Source of the DNA: an uncultured Dehalococcoidales bacterium
Lineage (GTDB): Bacteria > Chloroflexota > Dehalococcoidia > GIF9 > UBA5629
Direction of reading: 5' to 3'
Length of the DNA stretch: 64,000 nucleotides
Assembly: GCA_964519615.1 (NCBI GenBank)
Contig: CAZFIM010000004.1
Coordinates: 10,086 to 74,085, forward strand
Shown here: positions 17,724-26,481 of the stretch, one piece after another
How the letters are laid out: each line of letters starts with the position of its first letter
How positions within the stretch are numbered: position 1 is the stretch's first letter
The notes under the pieces: model-generated
Seen by the model: the letters and a program-made list of their open reading frames with translations, nothing else
Database searches by the model: none
What the model was told of the DNA's origin: nothing
Program-made: the position numbers and the translations under genes

Positions 17724-20234
17724 CTACAGATCATCACATTTTGTAATTTCGATCAAACAGGAGTTAGATGCCATTCCTGCGCAGTTCTGAGAAAGTATAC
17801 GAGAAGGAGTCAAAATACTCACACAACCTCCCCTGTCTGTACTGCCCGCCGTACCCACCTGAAGCGGATCATACTTTGCACAACTACCATAACAATGTAC
17901 CACGCCGGGCCTCACTCTCTCCGTTAATTGGGCAATGCCTAATACAGAGCCTCTCTCGTTATAGAGCTTCACAATGTCACTATTTTTGATACCGCGTATT
18001 GCTGCATCTGCCGGGTTAATACGCACTGTCCTATAATCATACCCGCCCTTGTTGATCCTGTTATTGGGGATAGCATCAATCCATTTGTTATGAGTTTCAT
18101 GATGGGTATGATATGACGAACGCGGATGAGGGGAGATGAGCTGAAGAGGATATTGAGCGGTTTGTGTTGACTGGTACCCCTCCCAACTCGGTATATAGCG
18201 CGCCATAGGCGGGCGCTCGGTATCGTCAGGCATATATTTAGTCAGACTCTGTGAAACATACTCTATTTTACCGCTCTCGGTTCCCAGTTCCTTAGCTTTT
18301 CCGGTGCCTGTTTTGGGATTATTGTCAGGGGTATCGCATTCCCTGCCCTCATAATACCACCGCAGCGCCGGTGTGCGCTTGTAATCAGGCGGCAGCGGCA
18401 CAACAAAATAGCCCTTTTCCCTGAATGTTTCCCAGGGAACATAATCCGGCAGCGAAGAGTTGTCAAACGCAACCCTGACCCAATCCTCCATAGTCTTGCC
18501 TTCCGTATACGCATCTTTAAATCCCAGGCGTTCAGCTAATGCGGAGTAAATATCATAGTCTGACTTCGATTCCCCTAAAGGCTCAATACATTTTTTCTGG
18601 TAGACCACCACACGATGGTTCGTTGCGGTACTTTGATCGTGCACATATCCTCCGCATTCACCTGACAGGCTGATGTCAGGCCTTTCGAAGTTGGTGCAGG
18701 CCGGCAGCACGATATCAGCAAATCCGGTGGAGTTATTCCACCAGCAGTCCTGTACCACAAAACATTCAATACCGGGACTCTGCAGCAGATGTACCCACTT
18801 ATTAGTCTCGGTCATACTGCCGATAAAAGAGCTGCCGTGGCGGTAGTACATGCGGCACTCGGAATGGTCTTTTTCCGGATAGGTAAAACGGTGGAACTGG
18901 TTGAGCGAAGAACCCCTCTTTTTTTCGAACATCCAGCTTTTAGGCGGGGTAAGAATAGCATCCGGCATCAGGTTGCGGTAAAGACGCTGCGTTACCGGAT
19001 TGACTATTGTTCCTCGCTGAATGCTCTTTTCCGCATATAGATCTATACCACCGTAGGCATAACCCGGAAAGAAGAAATCGCGGTTGAAAGGTGCGCCGTT
19101 TGCGCTCGACCACAAATTCACACCGGGCTTGCCCATACCCTGCATCGCCAGCAAATATACCATGAGCCTTGCCCATTCGGTGCCGTAAGCCTGGCGGCAG
19201 GCACCGCCTCCCAGACAGAAAGGATCGACCATAGTCCGTTTGGACGCCCATTCACGAGCAAGAGCCGTAATCACGCGGGCTTTAATACCGCAGATATTCT
19301 CTGCCCAACCAGGCGTTTTCTCCACACCGTCGGTCTTACCCATTATATGCTTTTTCCACTCATCGAAGCCCAGCGTACGATTACTAACATATTCTTTGTC
19401 ATAAGTATTCTCTTTCAGCCAAACATAGGCGATCGCCTCCGCCAGCGCTGCATCGGTCCCCGGCCGGGGAGCAAGCCACTTGTAAGCATGAATACAACTG
19501 GTATAGTTGTTATAAGGATCAATAAATATTTGCCGTATACCAAGCTTCCTCATCCACAGCCGCCAGATGGCAGCCTCCTGTCCGCCATATAACCCATGGG
19601 TAGAATCAGGGTCTGAGCTCCAGTGAATAAGCAGATCGGTATTCTGCAGACAATCCTCTAAAAGGTCATAATGCTCAGGCATCCCCAGCCGCCAGTAGAA
19701 TCCGTAGGCATGAGCCGCACCCCAATACCAGCCTTCCCAGCTATCCGGATTGGGATCGATCATGGTGAATCCCAGCATATGAAAAAAACGGAAAAACACG
19801 CTGAAGTGATAGCCCAAAATACCCCAGTTATGGTGTGATGAACGGGTGCCGGTAATAGCCTCCTTGCCGTACTTCTTCTGAATACGTTTCATCTCTCCGG
19901 CCACTATAGCGAGGGCCTCATCCCAGGATATGCGCCGGTAGGAAGCTCTGCCTCTGTTTTCGGGATGGCGTTCCCCGTCAGGATTGAAGTCCCTCCTTAT
20001 CATTGGGTATTTGATACGGTTTTCAGAATAAATACGGCGGCGGTCGGCAATAGTAAACGGGGCAACTGTAGCTTTACGCGGCGGTACAAAACTTTGTCCC
20101 CGTGCTGAGATAGTCCAGGACGGAGCATCCGATTCATCCAAAACAAGCGGACGAATGCGAGTTATTCTACCGTCCTCTACATGCACCAGCACCGGACCGC
20201 CAACCGTACAGTTTGTATATATCTTTTCAGACAC
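17724..20234 (-). CDS. DMSO-reductase-family Mo-bisPGD enzyme, pyrogallol transhydroxylase large subunit (AthL)-like
   Basis: TNCTVGGPVLVHV, APSWTISARG, SSHHNWG, NPDSWEGW, GGGACRQAYGTEWAR, ADIVLPACTNFER, SPHPR, DRGGCVSILTP. GTG start with AAGGAG SD. Confidence 0.88.
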   Translation of the reverse strand: MSEKIYTNCTVGGPVLVHVEDGRITRIRPLVLDESDAPSWTISARGQSFVPPRKATVAPFTIADRRRIYSENRIKYPMIRRDFNPDGERHPENRGRASYRRISWDEALAIVAGEMKRIQKKYGKEAITGTRSSHHNWGILGYHFSVFFRFFHMLGFTMIDPNPDSWEGWYWGAAHAYGFYWRLGMPEHYDLLEDCLQNTDLLIHWSSDPDSTHGLYGGQEAAIWRLWMRKLGIRQIFIDPYNNYTSCIHAYKWLAPRPGTDAALAEAIAYVWLKENTYDKEYVSNRTLGFDEWKKHIMGKTDGVEKTPGWAENICGIKARVITALAREWASKRTMVDPFCLGGGACRQAYGTEWARLMVYLLAMQGMGKPGVNLWSSANGAPFNRDFFFPGYAYGGIDLYAEKSIQRGTIVNPVTQRLYRNLMPDAILTPPKSWMFEKKRGSSLNQFHRFTYPEKDHSECRMYYRHGSSFIGSMTETNKWVHLLQSPGIECFVVQDCWWNNSTGFADIVLPACTNFERPDISLSGECGGYVHDQSTATNHRVVVYQKKCIEPLGESKSDYDIYSALAERLGFKDAYTEGKTMEDWVRVAFDNSSLPDYVPWETFREKGYFVVPLPPDYKRTPALRWYYEGRECDTPDNNPKTGTGKAKELGTESGKIEYVSQSLTKYMPDDTERPPMARYIPSWEGYQSTQTAQYPLQLISPHPRSSYHTHHETHNKWIDAIPNNRINKGGYDYRTVRINPADAAIRGIKNSDIVKLYNERGSVLGIAQLTERVRPGVVHCYGSCAKYDPLQVGTAGSTDRGGCVSILTPSRILSQNCAGMASNSCLIEITKCDDL

Positions 20235-20817
20235 AAAAAGACTCCTTCGCTAACGAAATTTGCAGCATCCTGAAAACCGGTAGCTTAGCAGTGACTTCTT
20301 TTTCAAACTACATCCATCTTCAGCACTCATGAAGGCAGTCCTGCAAGAAATATCCGCAACGGCTCAAACTGAGTGAAAAAACAAAAAGGGCTGCAACAAG
20401 CAAATGCCGCCCTCCTCTATTTTACACTATCAAATGGTAGTACATTCAACTACGCAGGACAAGCACGGTATTCAGAAACAAGACCATTGTGCAATACAAA
20501 CAACCATCCTGCCGTATATAAATTCACCTTTGACGGATAAATAGTCAGAACCCCCACGTTTTTCTATTGCCAAACCTGCTGCAACACACTTGAATATCTG
20601 TATTGCTGACACTTGGTTTGCTAAAGTGAGAATTAAATATACAATCTATTCTTCGTTTTAGCAGCAATACAGTAACGAATATATGAACACAATAATTTTA
20701 ACTTACGAAAGTGGCGATGAATACACATATTTTATCATATTAAACGGTGAGTATCTACAGATCGGAACAAATATACTGTATTATCATTGCTATTTTCTCG
20801 CTTCTATAGTATATTTT

Positions 20818-21741
20818 ATGGATATGATAGATGCCACTGACCGCAAAATTATTCTGGCGCTGCAAAAAAATGGTCGTTTAAGCAATGCTTCTCTTGCCCA
20901 CATTGCCGGAGTCAGCACATCTACAGTGGCTAAGCGCGTTGAACACCTCCTCGAGAGCGATACTATCAGAATCAGGGCAGTACCCAACCCCCGCAAGCTT
21001 GGTTATTACGCCGATGCGTTCATTACAATGGATGTCGACCTGCTTAAGATCGATGAGATATGTGCTCAACTCAAACCTATTTTCAATGTAAACTTCATTC
21101 ATACATGCTTTGGCCGTTTTGACATACTACTTATCGTTTTTTTCCCCACCTGGGAAATTCTGCACAGCTTTGTAAAAGATCGCCTTGCTCACATTGAAGG
21201 TGTACGGCATATAGAAACCTTTTCTTTCAAAGACATCGTTAAGCGCCTGGAAAATATTTTCTCTGAACCAGAGCAAAAGTCGCCTGCAGTACCAAGAGAT
21301 GAGCTGGACTTCCAGCTTATGAACGAGCTGGTTATAGATGGAACAGCTAGTTATAAGAATCTGGCAAGCAAAACCGGCGCCAGTATCCCGACGATTGCCA
21401 GACGCATTACCAATCTGCTCAATAAAGGGGTGATAAAAATTATTGCCCTGCCGAATCCATCCAGAGTTGGCTATATTCACGGTGCGGTTGTCGGTATACG
21501 GGTCCAAACCGGTAAAATTGAAAACATATGCCAGCAGCTTGCGAAAAAAAAGGAAGTACACTTTGTTTTTACCTTGATCAACGGTTTCGATATATTAATA
21601 GGCATCCACAGCAGCACCCCGGAAGAAATGTACTACTTCATCAAGAATTTCCTTGCACACATTGACGGCATCATCGATATTGAGACTTTCATCCGTGCTG
21701 AGATACAGAAACGTTATTACGGATGGATGCTTGAAGACTGA
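20818..21741 (+). CDS. tandem (two-repeat) Lrp/AsnC-family regulator
   Basis: Two wHTH+RAM units (IDATDRKII..GR.S; DELDFQLM..GTASY). Start placed at ATG 20818 (or 20824) because the ORF-track N-terminus is not family-like. Confidence 0.85.
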   Translation: MDMIDATDRKIILALQKNGRLSNASLAHIAGVSTSTVAKRVEHLLESDTIRIRAVPNPRKLGYYADAFITMDVDLLKIDEICAQLKPIFNVNFIHTCFGRFDILLIVFFPTWEILHSFVKDRLAHIEGVRHIETFSFKDIVKRLENIFSEPEQKSPAVPRDELDFQLMNELVIDGTASYKNLASKTGASIPTIARRITNLLNKGVIKIIALPNPSRVGYIHGAVVGIRVQTGKIENICQQLAKKKEVHFVFTLINGFDILIGIHSSTPEEMYYFIKNFLAHIDGIIDIETFIRAEIQKRYYGWMLED

Positions 21742-21795
21742 GTAATACATTTCCTTATACTACCATTTATATCACTTTCAATTTGGAGAAACGCT

Positions 21796-22743
21796 ATGAA
21801 AATTACTATTATCGGATCAGGGAATATCGGCAGTCTTTTGGGTGCCCTTCTTACCGCTGCAGGCGAAGACGTTACACTGGTTGAAATACGGGATGAGGTA
21901 GTTCAGACAATCTGCAAAGAAGGCATACTCATCGAAACTCCGGACGGCACAAAAAGAACTATCCCCGTTAAGATAGTAAAAGATATCAACTCTACAACTG
22001 CTCCCGACCTGCTGATAATAGTAGTGAAGGGGTATTCCACGCGCAGTGCGATAGAAAGCGCGCTTGGGGTTATCGGACCGGAGACCTACATCCTCTCGGT
22101 TCAGAACGGGGCCGGCAATATCGAAACCATCGCAGAAGTGATCAAAGACGATACCCATGTGATGGGCGGTGTTTTTTACTGCAATGTTACCCCTCTGGCC
22201 GTCAATCATTTACTCTGGATCACCGGTACCGGAGGCATCAAGTTAGGTCCAATGAACGGTGTGATGAGTCCAATGGTGGAAAAGGCTACACAGGCATTTT
22301 GCAGAGCAGGCATCGATGCACAAATATATGTCAAAGTTCAGGACGCAATTTGGAATAAGGTGTTACAGAATGCACCTCTCAGCTTGACCTCCGTACTGCG
22401 TATAACCAATGATGAGATCCTGAATCACCCCTCTACAAGGACACTAATGTATAAAATCGCTGAGGAACAGATCGCAGTCTGCCGGGCTAAAAAAATCAAC
22501 CTCGTTAACCCCGATGACCCCATACAGGCACTGCTTTCAACTCTGAAAATGTTTAAAGAGTCCGGTAAAAAGCCGAAATCATCCATGCTTCAGGATGTGG
22601 AGGCAGGCCACAGGACCGAGATAGAGACGATCACCGGCAGCGTGGTAGCCGAGGGAAAAAGGTTGAATGTTCCCACCCCCGTCAACGAGACTCTTATGCT
22701 TTTGGTAAAGGCAATAGAAGAGAAGACCTTCAATATAAGTTGA
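21796..22743 (+). CDS. ketopantoate reductase family (PanE/ApbA)
   Basis: MKITIIGSGNIG, VKGY, SVQNG, WNKV..N, SSMLQDV..G..TEI. GGAG SD. Confidence 0.88.
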   Translation: MKITIIGSGNIGSLLGALLTAAGEDVTLVEIRDEVVQTICKEGILIETPDGTKRTIPVKIVKDINSTTAPDLLIIVVKGYSTRSAIESALGVIGPETYILSVQNGAGNIETIAEVIKDDTHVMGGVFYCNVTPLAVNHLLWITGTGGIKLGPMNGVMSPMVEKATQAFCRAGIDAQIYVKVQDAIWNKVLQNAPLSLTSVLRITNDEILNHPSTRTLMYKIAEEQIAVCRAKKINLVNPDDPIQALLSTLKMFKESGKKPKSSMLQDVEAGHRTEIETITGSVVAEGKRLNVPTPVNETLMLLVKAIEEKTFNIS

Positions 22744-22970
22744 CGGACATGCTCCATCTCAGCCGGTAAATATAACACAATGAGCGCGGCCAAAGCTGAA
22801 ATATCAATAGGCAGTACCGGCAAGAGCTTTGCTCTGATATTTACCTTTGTATCCTGCGTAGATGCTGCTAACAAAGGAATAAACCGTCCTGCTGATTTTA
22901 CAGAGATTGTATTCAGACCTTAAAATCATAAGAGATCACTTTATTAATAACTCGGAGGGGGTAACGGATT

Positions 22971-23348
22971 TTGGCTAACCGCACGTGGATATATTTAATT
23001 GTTGGCATCGCAATCGGGGTTTTAGCAATGTGGGGATTAAATTCAATACAAAGCCCGGCGTTACGGGGTGTTACCCCTAACGTCATTGAGGGCTATTCAA
23101 CCGGCATTAATTTTGATGGGACAGCGATAGGGATATCAAAGGAACCCGGAGGGGCAGGAGAAGGTTATATCATTGCAGGAGCCAGATGGCGGGAATCAGG
23201 GGGACCATGGCATGATGCAGGAACTCCACCAAGCCTGGCTCACCCTGACACAGGCCAGAAGGTGCGGCTGGGAGTAATCAATATTGAGCCAACACAGCAA
23301 GCGCCGGGCGGCCCCGTTGTTGCCTGGTTAGAGGTTATAAATCAATAG
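22971..23348 (+). CDS. hypothetical membrane-anchored/secreted protein
   Basis: TTG start after GGAGG, one N-terminal hydrophobic helix, 125-aa Gly/Pro-rich soluble part; no family recognised. Confidence 0.6.
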   Translation: MANRTWIYLIVGIAIGVLAMWGLNSIQSPALRGVTPNVIEGYSTGINFDGTAIGISKEPGGAGEGYIIAGARWRESGGPWHDAGTPPSLAHPDTGQKVRLGVINIEPTQQAPGGPVVAWLEVINQ

Positions 23349-23419
23349 TGTTGACCTCGAGTCGCGGGCCTTTTTGCTGCTTTAGCTCCGAAAATTGTAA
23401 CTGCATCGGGTAAAGGCAG

Positions 23420-24412
23420 TTAATACCCTCTCTTCTTATTAACCAGCTTGATAAGTCTTTTACCGCTCAGATATCTCTTCAGGTTCTCACAAAAGATATC
23501 TGTGGCGACATCATAGTAATTTTCCAGTCTGCCGGCAAGGTGGGGCGTGATAATCACATTGGGAAACTGCCAGAGGCGGCTGTGCGGTGGTAGAGGTTCC
23601 TCAGCGAACGTGTCCAATCCCGCACCGGCGATTATATTATTCTCAAGCGCCCATATTAGCGCATCCTCATCGATTACACTACCCCTGGCGATATTGACAA
23701 GAAAAGCCCCCGGTTTCATCGATTTCAATTCCCGCCGCCCAATGAGATTGACCGTCTCCGTTATTGATGGAACGGCAAGCACCACAAAGTCACTTTGTGC
23801 AAGCAGTTCATTCATCCGTGATGATGGCAGCAGCAGATCAACATTTCTTCCTCCGGTGACCTCACGGACCGAACGTCTGGTACCCAGCACCTTCATTCCA
23901 TATGCTTTGGACATGCGTGCGATCTCTTTTCCTATATTTCCCAGTCCCACGATTCCGATAGTCTTACCGCAAATTAACATGGGAATGAACCTTTCCCATC
24001 TCTTCTGCTCCTGCATTTTAAGTGAAAAGGGCGAGCGTTTGGCAAACATCGATATCATGGTGAATACAAGCTCGGTAATCTGGATACCGTGCATACCGCT
24101 GGTATTGGTTACTATTACGGGACTTTTAAAGATATCGGCGTATATTTCCTGGTCAACTCCCGCCAGTACGGTTTGGATCCATTTCAACCGCGGGGCCCTT
24201 CCGATAAGGTCCTCGGGCGGCAGTAAGCCGTACACGATATCGGCACGGGAAAGAATAACATCGAACTCAGCTTTGCGGCTGTAATCACCCCCCTGCTCAG
24301 CAGCATTCAACTCAGCAGCATCCACTACCTTAAAGAGGGGACTGACCGCGGCAATGCGTGCCTTATTGCTATCATCCAGTTTGCAGGCGATAACGATGGT
24401 AAGCTTATCCAT
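23420..24412 (-). CDS. D-2-hydroxyacid dehydrogenase family
   Basis: GIVGLGNIG, GTRRS (NADP-type), VNIARG, LDTFAEEPL, ITPHLAG. AAGGAG SD. Confidence 0.9.
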   Translation of the reverse strand: MDKLTIVIACKLDDSNKARIAAVSPLFKVVDAAELNAAEQGGDYSRKAEFDVILSRADIVYGLLPPEDLIGRAPRLKWIQTVLAGVDQEIYADIFKSPVIVTNTSGMHGIQITELVFTMISMFAKRSPFSLKMQEQKRWERFIPMLICGKTIGIVGLGNIGKEIARMSKAYGMKVLGTRRSVREVTGGRNVDLLLPSSRMNELLAQSDFVVLAVPSITETVNLIGRRELKSMKPGAFLVNIARGSVIDEDALIWALENNIIAGAGLDTFAEEPLPPHSRLWQFPNVIITPHLAGRLENYYDVATDIFCENLKRYLSGKRLIKLVNKKRGY

Positions 24413-24605
24413 AATACTCCTTATTACAGGTCTTTATTGTAGCGTACCGAAATCATGAGTACCTTTGCAACCTCACAGCGGCTTTATTTTTTTTCAATCT
24501 TCGTAAAGCTGCCCGTCAAGCTTTTTTTACCCGGGGGATTCACTGGGTTATAATTGCTCATATACCTGTAAAAGGAGCAGAAAAAGAACCATGGGTTGAA
24601 GACCG

Positions 24606-25271
24606 ATGGACATGAGTCTCGTGCAAGGACTCACGGAAAAACAGACCCGGGATAAAGAACTCTACCTCAGCAAGCTGGTTCTTTTCCTTCAATCCGCCGG
24701 CATCGACGCTTCCTTCAACCATGAGACGGTGCTCAGTCTTTATAAAACGGTGAGAGAGAATGAACCGGTCATAAACGTAACAGGCCAGTATATCAGTAAG
24801 ATCACCTTGCGCACGCGGTTATTTGCCTACTGCGGCTCATGGAAAAGCATTTCATTCTTTGATTATGAGTCCTTGCTGACAACATCTCCACCCCCGCGGT
24901 TCTGCGGTAAAATGAAGGCCTATGTCAGACCCGTCGTACAAGGCCGTTTTCTGGGAATATTCGGAGGCAGGGTCGCTGCAGTCAAATGGGCGGGCGGGGA
25001 GCTGGCAGAACTGCTCAATAGTGACAGCGGGCTTGCAGAAAAGCTTTTTGCATTATCGGGCAGCTATGGTTACCCCGATGTCATCGTTCAGTTCAGAGAT
25101 ACAGCTGTTGCCGAGATATCGGGACCTCAGTTCGATTCACCGCCACCTTTCCTTAGTAATGTTATGTCATATCCCGATCTGCCGGTACAAAAAGACGACT
25201 TCTTCTATGCCTTCGGCCTCTATAACACCATATCCCGCTACCTGAGCCGACTGGCCGATGACGACGTATAA
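24606..25271 (+). CDS. hypothetical protein
   Basis: 221-aa ORF filling the gap between neighbours; TATAAT at about 24549; no motif recognised. Confidence 0.6.
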   Translation: MDMSLVQGLTEKQTRDKELYLSKLVLFLQSAGIDASFNHETVLSLYKTVRENEPVINVTGQYISKITLRTRLFAYCGSWKSISFFDYESLLTTSPPPRFCGKMKAYVRPVVQGRFLGIFGGRVAAVKWAGGELAELLNSDSGLAEKLFALSGSYGYPDVIVQFRDTAVAEISGPQFDSPPPFLSNVMSYPDLPVQKDDFFYAFGLYNTISRYLSRLADDDV

Positions 25272-25443
25272 ACCTACTTACTTTCGTTACCGCATAAACG
25301 GAAGACATATATTACACTGATGCTCAATTATTGCCCCACAAGATGTTGAAAGACCTCAAGATGCAGATACGGTCGATAAACCTTTCATTTGCTTAGACGT
25401 TCTTATACTAAAGAGCAATGGCCAGGGGGAACAAATAGTCATC

Positions 25444-25656
25444 ATGAAACAAATTAAGTTACCGTTCCGGAAACCACAATTAAGTGAGGTGCCGCCGCTC
25501 AAAGAAATGTTGGCTCCTTGCCCGATATGCGGAGGTACAACCGATATCAATTGGTCGGGACATATCGCCTGCCATAGCTGCGGACAGGAATGGAAGCTCA
25601 GTGGCGTTCCGCTGCCTGATGCCGGTGGCCAGGAAGGTCTTTTCTTTCAGTTCTAG
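25444..25656 (+). CDS. small Zn-ribbon-like protein
   Basis: CPICGG...CHSCG (two CxxC motifs) in 70 aa. Confidence 0.5.
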   Translation: MKQIKLPFRKPQLSEVPPLKEMLAPCPICGGTTDINWSGHIACHSCGQEWKLSGVPLPDAGGQEGLFFQF

Positions 25657-25794
25657 ATTTGTGCTTTTGCACGGGCCGGGTCGTCCGGCACATGTCCTCT
25701 ACCAATTACGGCCATGGCCGCTAACAACCATTGTTCAATCAAATAATAGAGGCCGTCCATAGATTCACCATAGACACCGCCTGCTTTACGTTGC

Positions 25795-26361
25795 CTATTT
25801 ATACACAGTTTGTTCCTGCCGAATATAGATATCACAGCCCGGTGCATCGGGATAATCAAATATCAGCGCATCGTCGGGAAACGGGCGCAGTTTGATAAAC
25901 ATCATCACATCCCCGATACCAGCGGCCGTGAGAATACCGCCCAGCACGGTGAGCAAAAGTACATTGGCGGCAATTCCGACAATGAGCGGTACTGCGCCGG
26001 TAAGCAGGATGGGAAGAAGAAGCGCTATCCTCACACCCTTCAGCACAACAGGTTTGCGGTAGTGTGTATAGAAACTCATATAGCGTAACATGAAACCAAA
26101 CCTGAACTCCGCAGGAGAAGCTTTTGCAAACAAAAGTAAACCGGCCGCATGCAGCAGCTCGTGCAGTACAAAACCGGCCAGTAACAGCAATAATAACAGC
26201 ATGACACTTGCTATTGTCAGAGTATAGTCAATGTGCTGCCAGATGACAATTTGAACCGTAATACCTGCTGCCATAAGGATTATTGTCGCCAGTGTTCCGA
26301 ACATCTGCAGCTTTTGGCTGGAGAGTTTAATACTGTGTTTTCGATATTCATCCATATTCAT
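25795..26361 (-). CDS. DUF3267-like membrane zincin (putative metalloprotease)
   Basis: TM helices around HELLH, FRFG, ALLLP, AAGIGD. Start placed at ATG 26361, just after a TATACT -10. Confidence 0.75.
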   Translation of the reverse strand: MNMDEYRKHSIKLSSQKLQMFGTLATIILMAAGITVQIVIWQHIDYTLTIASVMLLLLLLLAGFVLHELLHAAGLLLFAKASPAEFRFGFMLRYMSFYTHYRKPVVLKGVRIALLLPILLTGAVPLIVGIAANVLLLTVLGGILTAAGIGDVMMFIKLRPFPDDALIFDYPDAPGCDIYIRQEQTVYK

Positions 26362-26481
26362 GACAGTCAATAGTATAAAGGATATTCGGTTCTGATACAT
26401 CCGGCCGTAGTAACCTGTGATAGAATTAATTTTACCATCGACTTTCGCAGACAGCAGCAAATAACTATCACAGGAACTATC

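Noticed and set aside
22590-22874. Hydrophobic minus-strand ORF between the PanE-like gene and the 125-aa ORF
   Set aside because: Half overlaps the PanE-like gene, has no SD, and I could not match it to any family.
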